Assembly: GCA_963842755.1 (NCBI GenBank)
Contig: CAWJIC010000008.1
Location: 240-64,239, forward strand
Length of the DNA: 64,000 bases
From: an uncultured Chloroflexia bacterium
Lineage (GTDB): Bacteria; Chloroflexota; Limnocylindria; Limnocylindrales; CSP1-4
Direction: 5' to 3'
Positions 27,071 through 36,477 of the stretch are shown in pieces. The number at the start of each line of letters is the position of its first letter. The stretch's first letter is position 1. Under the pieces are notes generated by a model. The model saw nothing but the letters and a program-made list of their open reading frames with translations, was not told the DNA's origin and searched no databases. The position numbers and the translations under genes were made by a program.

Positions 27071-27619
27071 ATGGAAGAGGGAGGGCTCGCGCCCGTGCGG
27101 CGGGACGGCCCTGATGCCGCGGATGCGCTGCTCCATCCGGTCGCACTCGTTGCCCTTGGGCTGCTCCTGCTCAACGATCACGTCCTGAAGGCTGCATGGC
27201 CGGGACCGGTCACCGGCAAGCTGTCGGACCTTGCCGGCCTGGCCTTCTTCCCGATCCTCCTCCTGAGCGCCGGGGAACTCGCCCGAGCCTTCGGGAGACG
27301 GTGGCGCGGCCCCACCGTCCGAGCGCTGGTGATCGCGGTCGCAGTTACGACGGCCGGCTTCACCCTCATCAAGACCGTACCGTCGGCGGCGGAAGGATCC
27401 GGCTGGATGCTCGGTCTTGCGCAGTGGGTGCTCTCGCTCCCGATCCGCCTGATCGTTGGCGTGCCGCTTCCGCCGGTCGCTCCGGCGATGGTCGTCGCGG
27501 ATCCGACTGACCTCGTGGCGCTGCCCGGGCTCACACTCGCCATCTGGGTTGGGGTGTCCCGCCTGCGGAAGGTCGGGCAGGCGAGTCAGGCCGCAACAGC
27601 GGCTCCGCGGACCCGATGA
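27071..27619 (+). CDS. Integral membrane protein, unknown family
   Basis: 182 aa with several hydrophobic helices (LLHPVALVALGLLLLNDHVLKAAWPGPVTGKLSDLAGLAFFPILLL). Confidence 0.55.
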   Translation: MEEGGLAPVRRDGPDAADALLHPVALVALGLLLLNDHVLKAAWPGPVTGKLSDLAGLAFFPILLLSAGELARAFGRRWRGPTVRALVIAVAVTTAGFTLIKTVPSAAEGSGWMLGLAQWVLSLPIRLIVGVPLPPVAPAMVVADPTDLVALPGLTLAIWVGVSRLRKVGQASQAATAAPRTR

Positions 27620-28317
27620 ACGAGGTCGCAGGACCGGTCCCGAGCACGAGTGGAGACACCTCACCGGCGCCGCCACAGCGAGACGGCACCGCTTCCCGCG
27701 CGCGGGGCTGTCTGCGGGTCGTCGGGAAACTGGGGCTGATCCTCGCGGGCCTGACCGTGCTCGCCTTCGTCGCGCTCTACATCACGCTCCAGCAATCCTT
27801 CAGGGCGCCGCAGGCGATGCCCGCGCCCGTCGCCTGGACGAGTCGCGACGTCGTCCTCTCCCCCGACCGCCCCATCGTCCACGGGCGGCTGACGCTCACT
27901 GCGAAGGCGGCTCCCACGAACGATCTCCGCGTCGGCGTGAACGCAGGCGTGCCCTCGACCGAAGCGGAGCGCTTGCCGTCCGGCTCGGGCGCCACGAGCC
28001 CGTCGGTGAGCGCTGGCCCTGCCGCCCTTCTCGCGGGCCCGCTGGTCCGGCTGACCGCCGCGACCGCCTTGGGCGCTCCGCAGAGCTGCCTGGCCCCGTG
28101 CGAACTCCAGCTGCCGTCGGAGCTCGGATGCGACTCTGGGACGTGCCGTATCGACTTCGACGTCACCGTCGAGCTCATCCCTGACAGCGCGGGGATCCGC
28201 GGCTCCGTGACGGTCGGCGTCGCCGGCGGCGCGACAGCACCTCTCGATAAACGACTCCCGGACGGCTTGGTGGTCGATCTGGCGCTCGAAGGCGCGGTCG
28301 TTCCGGGTGGGAGCTGA
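27616..28317 (+). CDS. Membrane-anchored hypothetical protein
   Basis: Single N-terminal TM segment (LGLILAGLTVLAFVALYITL) and a Cys-containing extracytoplasmic part. It overlaps the upstream gene by 4 nt. Confidence 0.5.
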   Translation: MNEVAGPVPSTSGDTSPAPPQRDGTASRARGCLRVVGKLGLILAGLTVLAFVALYITLQQSFRAPQAMPAPVAWTSRDVVLSPDRPIVHGRLTLTAKAAPTNDLRVGVNAGVPSTEAERLPSGSGATSPSVSAGPAALLAGPLVRLTAATALGAPQSCLAPCELQLPSELGCDSGTCRIDFDVTVELIPDSAGIRGSVTVGVAGGATAPLDKRLPDGLVVDLALEGAVVPGGS

Positions 28318-28318
28318 C

Positions 28319-29901
28319 ATGCCTGACGGAGTCCGCCTGCGCCTGCGCCGAGCTGCGATCGCCCTCGTTTTCGTCGTGGGTGTGGTGGCGACGGCGGCGA
28401 CGAGCCCGGCGATGACGTTCATCGACATCGCGCCGGCGGGCGCCACGTTCCACCTCGATCCGGGGCATCCCGCGGCACTGTCGCGGTTCGTCGTCAGGCT
28501 GAATCCCGAGGCGACCTCGAGCTATTCCTATCTCAGCGTCTACCTGCTCGTCGACGCGGTGCGGGCGGCTGGTGGCAGCGTCGCCGCGTCTGGCGCCGTC
28601 GGCGCAGCCCGGTTCATCGTCGCCTCGGCCGCGCCCGGTGCACTGCCGTCACCCATCGCTTCGCCGCTGCCCGGCGTCGAGCCCGTCCCAACACGATGGC
28701 AGGCAGAGGTGTCCCCGCCAGCCCAGGTGTCCCTGCCAATCGACTGTGGTGGGGCCGTCGGGCCGTGCGAGCGGGGGTTCTGGCTGATCGCCGAGCTCGC
28801 GGACCCGGCAGCGGGAGCCATCGATGCCCACTGGTCCGTCGGCGGTTCCCTCAGCTACACCGGCAACGCCTGGCCCTCGGGCGCGAGGGCGAGCGTCGAG
28901 ATCGGCGCCCCGACTCTCCTGGCGAGCCCAGTCCCACAGCTCGCCGCCTCGACGGAGACCGAGACGGTGGCCTTCGGGCCGGACCGACCCGCGGCTGCCC
29001 GCGAGGTCGAGGTCACGTGTCGGGGCCGCCGCGATCCCGCAGGATGGGAGTCCGGTCGGAGCCCTCTCGGTCGACCTCGTCCGTCGTCCGGGCAGCGGTG
29101 GGAGCCCCGACAGGCCTCCCGTGGTCCAGATCTACCCGATCGACGGACCGGGCGCGGTGAGCCCGTTTCCCGGCGCGCCGCCGCCGTCGCCGGCGCCGCC
29201 CAACCTGGATCCCTTCGCCGGCTGCCAACCCGGCGCGACCTGCACTCGCCGGTTCCTCGTGACGATCGCGTGGACCGGCGACTCCGGGGAAGAGGAAGCA
29301 TTCGACTGGAAGCTGAACGTCCGTCGCGTCGACCTCGTTCGCGTGTGGTCGACGCCCGCTGAGCTGTCGGCCCGGGTGGCGCGCCGCTTCGACGTGGCGT
29401 CGGGCTCGAATCCGTCGACCGTCCACCTCGAGGGCGACGCCAGCGCGGTCGCGTTCGATGCTCCGCCGCAGGTCCACGTGGCGCTTGCGACCCGCACGAC
29501 CGCGACCGACCCACTTGCCCCGCTGCTGCCCGTTCCTGGCGTCATGACCTACCGGGCGCACGTCCTCGAGCCGCGACCGTCCGCGTCCGGTGAATGGCAC
29601 GAGAGCGGACGTCGTCGTCACCTCACAAATCCCCAATTCCGGAACGAGGCCGATCTTCCGGAGCTTCATCGGCGGCGATGTCAGTGTCGTCGCGAACCCG
29701 ATGGCAAACCCGACGGCGGGCTGCCACGTCGGCGAGGCCTGCCCGGATCTCACGATCGCCACCATCGTCAGCCCGAGGGAGCAGGGTGCGCCGCTGCCGA
29801 CGGTCCGCTTCCACTGGAGCCTCGACCTGACGATCTACTCATTCACCGATGTCCCGATCTCACTCTCGGCGGAGGATCTCTCACCGAAGGCTGGTAATTG
29901 A
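28319..29901 (+). pseudogene. Signal-anchored or secreted protein (~525 aa) with two frameshifts
   Basis: The signal-like start is MPDGVRLRLRRAAIALVFVVGVVATAATSPA. The sequence continues through three frames, with breaks near 29020 and 29585, and ends ..HWSLDLTIYSFTDVPISLSAEDLSPKAGN. Confidence 0.55.
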
Positions 29902-30263
29902 CGACGGCACTGGACCTCGCCCTGCCAATCGGGCAGATCGCCGAATTCGTGGCTCGCGTCCGCGAGCCGGTCGAGGCCCTCGCCCCGGTGTCCCCGACCG
30001 TCCTCTACGGCCACCTGCTGGAGGGCAATCTCCACATCAACGTCCTCGGGCCGACGCCGGACGACCAGGCGGTCGATGACGCGGTCCTGCGATTGACCGT
30101 CGAGATGGGCGGCTCGATCAGCGCCGAGCACGGGATCAGCGTCCCCAAGGCTGGCTGGCTCGCGCTGGACCGCTCGCCGGCCGACCTGGCCGCGATGCGC
30201 GCGTTCAAGCCCGCGTTCGACCCGACTGCGAGCTTGAACGCGGCTGTGCTTCGCCGGACGTGA
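29898..30263 (+). pseudogene. C-terminal fragment of an FAD-linked oxidase (GlcD / D-lactate dehydrogenase family)
   Basis: LYGHLLEGNLHINVLG and SISAEHGISVPKAGWL are C-terminal FAD-oxidase motifs. No N-terminal FAD-binding domain is present in the window. Confidence 0.75.
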
Positions 30264-30708
30264 CTTCGGGTCCGCCACGCCCGGTCCCCCAGAACTGAAT
30301 TGATGTCGCGGGAGCGCGTTAACACTTTGGCCATAGGCTGAGAGGAGCGGGCCGGAGCCGGCCGGGTACTGAAAACGCAGGGCAGGGAATTGACGGAGAT
30401 CCCACTCGCCCGTCCCCCACGTTCGCGCGACTGGATGAAGGTCGCGTTGATTGAGTGTGCGCGATGTCATCGAGTCATCGAGCGCACCTCGCGGCGACGG
30501 AGCGCTCGAACTGGGCGTCCCAGCCATCGGGCAGGCCCTCGTCGGTCCCCGCGTGTGACGGAGGCGACGGTCCGGTTGAGGAGCGAGGAGCTGGCCATCA
30601 GCCTCGAGCGGCTTCGTGCCGAACGTCTTCTGGACGCTTCCGCCAGCCCTCCTCGCATCCGGGCGTCGACTATCGCGGAGTAGTCCGGCGGGTTGGAAAT
30701 AGAACAAG

Positions 30709-30741
30709 TGGTCGGGGCGAGAGGATTTGAACCTCCCGGTT
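30709..30741 (-). other. tRNA-Pro 3' end stub (T-arm, acceptor, CCA)
   Basis: The reverse complement reads GGAGG-TTCAAAT-CCTCT-CGCCCCG-A-CCA, which implies a C1:G72 acceptor as in tRNA-Pro. Upstream sequence lacks the matching 5' acceptor, D and anticodon arms. Confidence 0.6.
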
Positions 30742-30925
30742 CCACACCCAGGATCGTGCTCCCAGAATGGATCAACGCTCCTCTGGCGAGAATGCGCTCA
30801 CTGGGGTTAACGAATATACCCCTAGGGAGTATCGCAGAGTCGCCTTGAATTAGTGCTGAAGATAGGCCACGCTGGGGACCTTCAACATCGGCTGACGCCG
30901 GCGCGTCATCAAGGAGGACCGGGCA

Positions 30926-31147
30926 ATGAGCAGTACCTGGCAGTCTGAGGGTGGCGGGGGTGGCGACCAGCCACCTGCGCCCCCGCCTCCGCCGCCCCCG
31001 CCCCCGCCACCGCCGCCTCCGCCGCCCCCGCCTCCGCCACCGCCGCCTCCGCCCCCGCCCGACCAAATCACGAAGGCCAATGAAAGCGTGAGGTCCGTCG
31101 GGGGCGGCGATGGTCCTCCGCCCCCTCCGCCACCCGAACGCGATTGA
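30926..31147 (+). CDS. 73-aa protein with a 27-residue uninterrupted polyproline run (plus a second P7 run)
   Basis: An AAGGAGG (30911-30917) sits 8 nt before the ATG. The stop overlaps the TTG start of the next gene. All four Pro codons are used. Confidence 0.55.
   Translation: MSSTWQSEGGGGGDQPPAPPPPPPPPPPPPPPPPPPPPPPPPPPPDQITKANESVRSVGGGDGPPPPPPPERD
30986..31060 (+). repeat. 30-nt tandem repeat, about 2.5 units, inside the polyproline tract
   Basis: Units: CCTCCGCCGCCCCCGCCCCCGCCACCGCCG / CCTCCGCCGCCCCCGCCTCCGCCACCGCCG / CCTCCGCCCCCGCCC. Confidence 0.8.
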
Positions 31148-31821
31148 ACCCGGATTTCATCCGCGACAACATCCTCCTGTTCGGGCCGGGCTTCGCATTC
31201 GTCAAGCTCGTCTACCTATTCGGCGAGCAGCACCGCCGACTCGAGTGGGAGTGGCTCGTGTGGAGCCTTGTTGCCGGTCTGCCGATCGCGTTTGCGGCGC
31301 GGTGGATCGCTACCGGTGTCGTACCCACCGAGATTCCGTCTGCGTCAGATCCGGCGAACGCGATCGCACGGTTCTCGATCGCCGTCGGAGCCGCCGCCGT
31401 TGTCGTGGTCATCTGGCGCCTTATCCGACATTCCTCGTATTGGCCGGTTAGGTTCGTGAGGCGGTCTTTGTCAGACTCCGCCTGGGATCTTGTGCTCGAC
31501 CGTGCGGTCAATGATGGTTGTGGCGTCGCTGTGACCGTCGATCGCACGGACGATCAGGGCAAAACTGGCGAGGCGTCGTACTACGGCAGTCTCGGAGCAT
31601 TCGGCTACTAGGCGGCGTCGGCCGAGCCAGTTCTATTCCTGCGCTGGGTCCACAGGTGGGATGCGACGCTTGGCAAGTATGTCGAACTGAGCCGTGTGGA
31701 AGGGGAGGGGATGATCTTCCATCGCGACAAGATCCTCCGAATGCGATTGGTTGCACCCGACTTGGCCGCCTTCGGGGCGGTGGGCCCGCTTCAAGAGACG
31801 TGTCAGGTCGGCCGGGCCTAA
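31144..31821 (+). pseudogene. Membrane protein interrupted by an in-frame TAG at 31609-31611
   Basis: The 155-aa N-terminal part has 3-4 TM helices. The same frame stays open for 69 more codons after the TAG (AASAEPVLFLRWVHRWDATLGKYVELSRVEGEGMIFHRDKILRMRLV..), ending at TAA 31819-31821. Confidence 0.5.
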
Positions 31822-32080
31822 TCCTCCGCCTCCGGGCGCGAGTCCGCAACCCTGACGGAGATCCCCAATAACCCCTGACCGGGGTTACGGGCGAGGTGTT
31901 TCCGGTCTAGCGCGATAGTCGCAGTTGCCTTCTGGGCGAGCAATGATCGACTGATACTAGAGGCGAGCCCAACAGGTCAGAGATGCCAGGGCGAGTTGGG
32001 AGCCCCATCGTCGGTCTATAATTGGTGGACCGGACCCAGCAACAAGCAGGCGACGGTCGCTCAAGGGAGTCAGGAACGGG

Positions 32081-32611
32081 ATGCCTCTGCGGCTTGACGA
32101 CCTCGACGAACGAACACGGCCATTCATGCTGTCCGAGGTCGACGCTGACATCGGTGCCGACCGCTTGACAATGAGCAAGAACTTCAACTCGAAGGGCGAG
32201 CGGGCCTATCCGGAACTCCTTCGGGAGGCGGTGCGGCACGGGAACGACGAGACCCTGGCCGCGGCCCTGACCGCCGTGGGCAGTTTCCTTGTGCTGGACA
32301 AGGCCGGGCACCACGTGCGTCGCGACTCCGCTCAGATGTTCACCGAGGGCGAGTTCAATCGGATCTATGTTCGCGGGCTCTGCCTAAGGGCGATCGCGGA
32401 TCGCGTGCCCGAGCTCGAGATCTACAGGGCGAAGCAAGTCGCTGCCCCTGAGCCAGTATCAGAGGCAAGGATTGGTGCCCACGTTGACCCGAGGTCCCTG
32501 CTTCAGGACCTGAGGGCAAACGTTGGGACCGGGCCAGCTCTGGGTGTGCCTCGAGGACCGAATTCGGGCCTGAGTGCTCGACTGCCGAGACCCACGATCG
32601 CTTCTCAGTAG
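32081..32611 (+). CDS. Hypothetical 176-aa protein
   Basis: Clean GC3-biased frame (MPLRLDDLDERTRPFMLSEVDADIGADRL..). No family was recognised. Confidence 0.6.
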   Translation: MPLRLDDLDERTRPFMLSEVDADIGADRLTMSKNFNSKGERAYPELLREAVRHGNDETLAAALTAVGSFLVLDKAGHHVRRDSAQMFTEGEFNRIYVRGLCLRAIADRVPELEIYRAKQVAAPEPVSEARIGAHVDPRSLLQDLRANVGTGPALGVPRGPNSGLSARLPRPTIASQ

Positions 32612-32953
32612 CCGTAGCGCGATCGACGCGGTCATCGAACGAGAGGAGGTGAGCCCGGACCTCTCATGGCGAGCTGATCAGATCAGGCGCGAGGACGACC
32701 CGCTGCTATTACACGTCGTCGGACTTGACCGGCCGGCCAGGGCCCGAGGAGTCCTGAGCTTCCTCCGGGTGTCCGCACTCTTAGCGAGGCCGAGAGAGCA
32801 TGCCTGAGAGGCACCGCTCCGGTCGCACCGCATACCGGCGTCGGGCGGTCCACAATTCACGGCAGGTCCATGGAGCCGGCAGGCCGCCTGAGAGCGTCGG
32901 GCCCCAAGGCCCGAAATGCCCGCTCTCAAGCAAGCGCGTGGGGGATCGTCTAG

Positions 32954-33108
32954 ATGGCAGAGGTCGTCAACCCGCTCCTGGGCTTCTCCAGCCAGCGTCC
33001 GGCTTGGCTGCAGGACCTCATTCGGCGCGTGTACATCCAAGCTGAGTTGAGTGAGGCTGATCTCTCCGCCGTCCGTGGATTTCTGCTTGCGGAGCATTCG
33101 GCGGAATC
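32954..33108 (+). pseudogene. AAA_13-type ATPase, 5' piece (cut by the RIT element)
   Basis: MAEVVNPLLGFSSQRPAWLQDLIRRVYIQAELSEADLSAVRGFLLAEHSAE runs straight into the left inverted repeat. Confidence 0.6.
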
Positions 33109-33200
33109 CATTATGCCGAGCCGCGGATTATGCCGACCAGGGGTGTCGAACCGGCCGCTGCGTGAGTGGGTCGCCCCCGTGAGGTCGGCATAATCAGAGC
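33109..33200. repeat. RIT left inverted repeat (92 bp)
   Basis: Exact reverse complement of 36361-36452. It contains TTATGCCGA twice in direct and once in inverted orientation. Confidence 0.95.
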
Positions 33201-34183
33201 CCGTCGAGGAAGGCGAGGAGCGCGTCGGACGGTCGATAGCGTCCGGGCTTCGCGTCGGGCGGCGACGTCCTCGCGATCGCCCGCTCCTTGAGGGCGAGGT
33301 CCGCGTGCAGGTAGATCTGGGTCGTGTCGACGTGCTCGTGACCGAGCCAGAGGGCGATGACCGACGTATCGACACCGGCCTGGAGGAGGCGCATCGCCGC
33401 GGTGTGCCGCAGGACGTGGGGGCTGATCCGCTTGGCCCGCAGCGACGGACAGGCCGTGGCCGCCGAAGCCGCGTACCTGGTGATCCGACGCTCGACGGCG
33501 TCCCGGCTGAGCGGGGTGCCGGTGCTGGTCGGGAACAACGGGTCGACCCGTTCACCGGCTCGCTCGGCGAGCCAGACGCGCAGGACGGCGACTGTGGCCC
33601 GGGTGAGCGGCGTGATCCGCTCCTTGCGTCCCTTGCCGAGACAGCTCACATGGGCGCCCGTGCCGAGATGGACGTCGGCACAGCGGAGGCCGATCAACTC
33701 GGACACGCGCAGCCCGGTCTGGACCGCGAGCAGCAGCAGGGCGTGATCGCGCCGCCCGGTCCAGGTCGTTCGGTCCGGGACGGCAAGGAGCGCCTCGACC
33801 TCCCGATCGGTGAGGAAGGTGACCAAGCTGCGGGCGAAGCGCTTGGGGGGAATGGCCAGCACCCGGCCGATCGACTCGGCGTGCTCGGGATGGCGCAGCG
33901 CGGCATACCGGAACAGCGAGCGGATCGCCGCCAGGCGGGCATTGCGGGTCCGGACGCCGTTGCCCCGGTGGCGCTCGAGATGGTCGAGGAAGGCCCCAAC
34001 GAGGGGTGCGTCGATCTCGGCGACATCGAGGCGCGAGGGCGCGGTCCCGGTGCGATCCGCGGCGAACGCGAGGAGCAGGCGGAGCGTGTCGCGATAGGCA
34101 GCGATCGTCTGCGGGCTCGCTTGGCGCTGCCGGATGAGCCGGTCGGTGAAGAAGGCCTGGAGGGTCGGCGCGAGGGCGCTCAC
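33194..34183 (-). CDS. ritC: Tyrosine recombinase RitC
   Basis: 329 aa. GLRVSEL, HVLRHTAA and LGHEHVDTTQIYLH (R..HxxR..Y) are present. GTGA overlap with ritB. The stop lies inside the left inverted repeat. Confidence 0.85.
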   Translation of the reverse strand: MSALAPTLQAFFTDRLIRQRQASPQTIAAYRDTLRLLLAFAADRTGTAPSRLDVAEIDAPLVGAFLDHLERHRGNGVRTRNARLAAIRSLFRYAALRHPEHAESIGRVLAIPPKRFARSLVTFLTDREVEALLAVPDRTTWTGRRDHALLLLAVQTGLRVSELIGLRCADVHLGTGAHVSCLGKGRKERITPLTRATVAVLRVWLAERAGERVDPLFPTSTGTPLSRDAVERRITRYAASAATACPSLRAKRISPHVLRHTAAMRLLQAGVDTSVIALWLGHEHVDTTQIYLHADLALKERAIARTSPPDAKPGRYRPSDALLAFLDGL

Positions 34184-35106
34184 GGCTGGTCTCCGAGATG
34201 GCGCTCGAGAAGATCACCAGCGGCCGCGAGCAGCTCGGGTGCGGCCGAGAGATACCAGTACGTCGCCGCGGGGCTGACGTGGCCGAGGTACGTCGAGAGG
34301 ATCGGCAGCCGCGCGCCGACGTCGAGGTCGGCCCGATAGGCGTCGAGGACGGTGCGGACGGCGAACGTGTGGCGGAGGTCGTGGAGCCGCGGCCGACAGC
34401 CGGCGGACCGGGGTCGCAGGCCCGCATGACGGACGAGCTTGAGGAACGTCCGGTTCACGACGCAGTACCGGAGGCGGGTGCCCGCGCTCGACGAGAAGAG
34501 CGCGGCCGTGAGGATCCGAGGACGGGGCCGGTCGTCCCGGGCGAGATAGCGGTGGAGGGCGGTGACGGTCGTCGGATGGAGCGGCACCAGGCGCGACTTG
34601 CCGAACTTGCTCATTCGGATCGTGAGCGTCCCCTCGACAGGATCGAGATCCCCCCGATCGAGCCGGATCGCCTCGCCGACGCGGAGCCCGGCCACGGCGA
34701 GCAGGCCGACGAGCGTCGCGTACGTCGCCGCCCCGAACGGCGTCCGCAGGATGCAGGCGGCTCCCATGAGCGCCGCGACCTCGGCATCGCTGTACAGGTA
34801 CGGGGTCGCCCGCTGGCCTCGATCCCGAAGCAGCTCGGCCGGGATGAGCTCGTGGGCGGGATTGAGCGCGTGGAGATGGGCGGCGAAGCCGCGCACGACC
34901 GTGAGCCGCATGGCGAGCCAGCGCGGACCGCCATTCGCGGGCAGCGTCGCCCAGGCAAGCGCGGCCTCGACCGTGACCGTGGCGCTGCCCCTCGCGTCGA
35001 GGAAGGCGGTGAACTGGGCGAGCAGCCTGCCGGCCCGCTCGAGCCGGAAGCCGAGCGAGCGGCGGAGGCGGAGGTAGTCGGCGAGGGCCGGATCGAGGCG
35101 GTTCAT
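34180..35106 (-). CDS. ritB: Tyrosine recombinase RitB
   Basis: MNRLDPALADYLRLRRSLG.., GLRVGEAIRL, LHDLRHTFA and LGHVSPAATYWYL are present. ATGA overlap with ritA. Confidence 0.85.
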   Translation of the reverse strand: MNRLDPALADYLRLRRSLGFRLERAGRLLAQFTAFLDARGSATVTVEAALAWATLPANGGPRWLAMRLTVVRGFAAHLHALNPAHELIPAELLRDRGQRATPYLYSDAEVAALMGAACILRTPFGAATYATLVGLLAVAGLRVGEAIRLDRGDLDPVEGTLTIRMSKFGKSRLVPLHPTTVTALHRYLARDDRPRPRILTAALFSSSAGTRLRYCVVNRTFLKLVRHAGLRPRSAGCRPRLHDLRHTFAVRTVLDAYRADLDVGARLPILSTYLGHVSPAATYWYLSAAPELLAAAGDLLERHLGDQP

Positions 35107-36314
35107 GCGGCACCGCCCGGCCAGGGTCGGGCGAGGTCGCGAAGCGCACGCTCGTCCACCTTCGCGTAGATCGCGGTGGTCTGGGCCCGCCGATGGCGGA
35201 GTACCTGGCCGATCTCCGCGAGCGAGCCGCCGGCCCGGAGCATCTCGGTCGCCGCGGTGTGCCGGAGCCGGTGAGCGTGGACGAGCCCGAGGCCCGCTCG
35301 GCGGGCGGCGTCGCCCACGATCTGGCTCACCCCGGTCGACGACAGGCCCTTGTGCGGCGCCTTCACGCGGATGAACACCGCCCGGTCCAGGGCACTCGCA
35401 GGACGGCCGGCGCGGAGATACGCCACGATCGCCTCGCCGACGTCGGGCGGCAGCGGCAGCCGCTCGGCCCGGTTGCCCTTGCCGGAGACGACCAGCTCGC
35501 CCGCCCGCCAGTCGATGGCATCGAGCGAAAACCCCGCCACCTCGCCCGCCCGCAGCCCGAGCCGGACGAGGAGGGTCAAGATGGCGAAGTCCCGGCAACC
35601 CGCCACGCGTCGCCGATCGCACGAGGCGAGCAGGCGCTCCACCTCGGCTCGTGCGAGCCCGTGCGGCAGCGAGGCCAGCCGCCAAGCGGCTACCGGGGGC
35701 ACGCTCCCGGCGAGCGAGCGTGGGAGGACCCCCTCGACATGGAGGAAGCCAAGCAGGGATCGGAGGGCGGTCACGGTCAGCTTGGCTGAGCCGCGTGCCT
35801 GAGCCGGGCAGCGGGCCACGACGAACGCGGTGATGTCCGCGACCGTCAGCGCCTCGAGCGCGAGCCCATCGGACGTGGCCCGGCTGGCCAGGAACGGCCG
35901 GACCGCGGCGAGATACCCGCAGGCCGTGGTCGGCGCCAGGCCCCGCTCGACGGTCAGGAAGCGGCGGTACCGCGTGAGGAGCCGATCAAGCGGCGCGTCG
36001 GACTCCGGCTCGGGTGCCTCGGGGACCACTCCGAGCCGGCGCAGGTACTCGAGCGGCGGCTGGATCGCCCGGGTCGAGGCGTACCTCGTATGCCCGGCGG
36101 CTCGTCGAGCGGCGAGGAAGCGGTCGGCCTGGGCCGCTGACAGCGCTCCCGGCGCGAGCCCTTCGGCTTCGAGCCAGGCGCTCAGGTTCGCGACCAGCCG
36201 AAGCTGGAGGATCGCTCCCGAGGCCGTATATCCGACGCGACCGAGCTCGGCGGCGTAGCCGGCCACGCACGGTTGAAGCGGGCCGCTGACGCGGACCCGA
36301 AGCGGATCATGCAC
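35103..36314 (-). CDS. ritA: Tyrosine recombinase RitA
   Basis: 403 aa. GLRAGEVAG, HRLRHTAATEM and LRHRRAQTTAIYAKV are present. Confidence 0.85.
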   Translation of the reverse strand: MHDPLRVRVSGPLQPCVAGYAAELGRVGYTASGAILQLRLVANLSAWLEAEGLAPGALSAAQADRFLAARRAAGHTRYASTRAIQPPLEYLRRLGVVPEAPEPESDAPLDRLLTRYRRFLTVERGLAPTTACGYLAAVRPFLASRATSDGLALEALTVADITAFVVARCPAQARGSAKLTVTALRSLLGFLHVEGVLPRSLAGSVPPVAAWRLASLPHGLARAEVERLLASCDRRRVAGCRDFAILTLLVRLGLRAGEVAGFSLDAIDWRAGELVVSGKGNRAERLPLPPDVGEAIVAYLRAGRPASALDRAVFIRVKAPHKGLSSTGVSQIVGDAARRAGLGLVHAHRLRHTAATEMLRAGGSLAEIGQVLRHRRAQTTAIYAKVDERALRDLARPWPGGAA

Positions 36315-36360
36315 GATGCTCTCCTCTTTCGATGATGGAGAGGAGAGCGTCCATCAAGCG

Positions 36361-36452
36361 GCTCTGATTATGCCGACCTCACGGGGGCGACCCACTCACG
36401 CAGCGGCCGGTTCGACACCCCTGGTCGGCATAATCCGCGGCTCGGCATAATG
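36361..36452. repeat. RIT right inverted repeat (92 bp)
   Basis: Exact reverse complement of 33109-33200. Confidence 0.95.
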
Positions 36453-36455
36453 ACC

Positions 36456-36477
36456 CTTATGCCGACGTCGGCATAAG
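36456..36477. repeat. 22-bp perfect palindrome CTTATGCCGACGTCGGCATAAG carrying the inverted-repeat motif
   Basis: It lies directly outside the right inverted repeat and holds two inverted TTATGCCGAC copies. Confidence 0.9.

Noticed and set aside
26864-27676. 270-aa minus-strand ORF running through the tRNA-like sequences and the membrane-protein gene.
   Set aside because: Its C-terminus is a translation of the tRNA T-arm (..GFEPSIS). The remainder is Arg-rich and antisense to a convincing membrane protein.
30980-31060. CRISPR array or other spacer-repeat structure in the GC-rich repeat.
   Set aside because: The units are contiguous 30-nt tandem repeats with no spacers. No other repeat-spacer pattern was seen anywhere in the window.
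30850-31080. Minus-strand poly-glycine ORF (MAFVIWSGGGG...) opposite the polyproline ORF.
   Set aside because: It has no Shine-Dalgarno sequence. The plus-strand ORF has AAGGAGG at ideal spacing and a stop/start overlap with the next gene.
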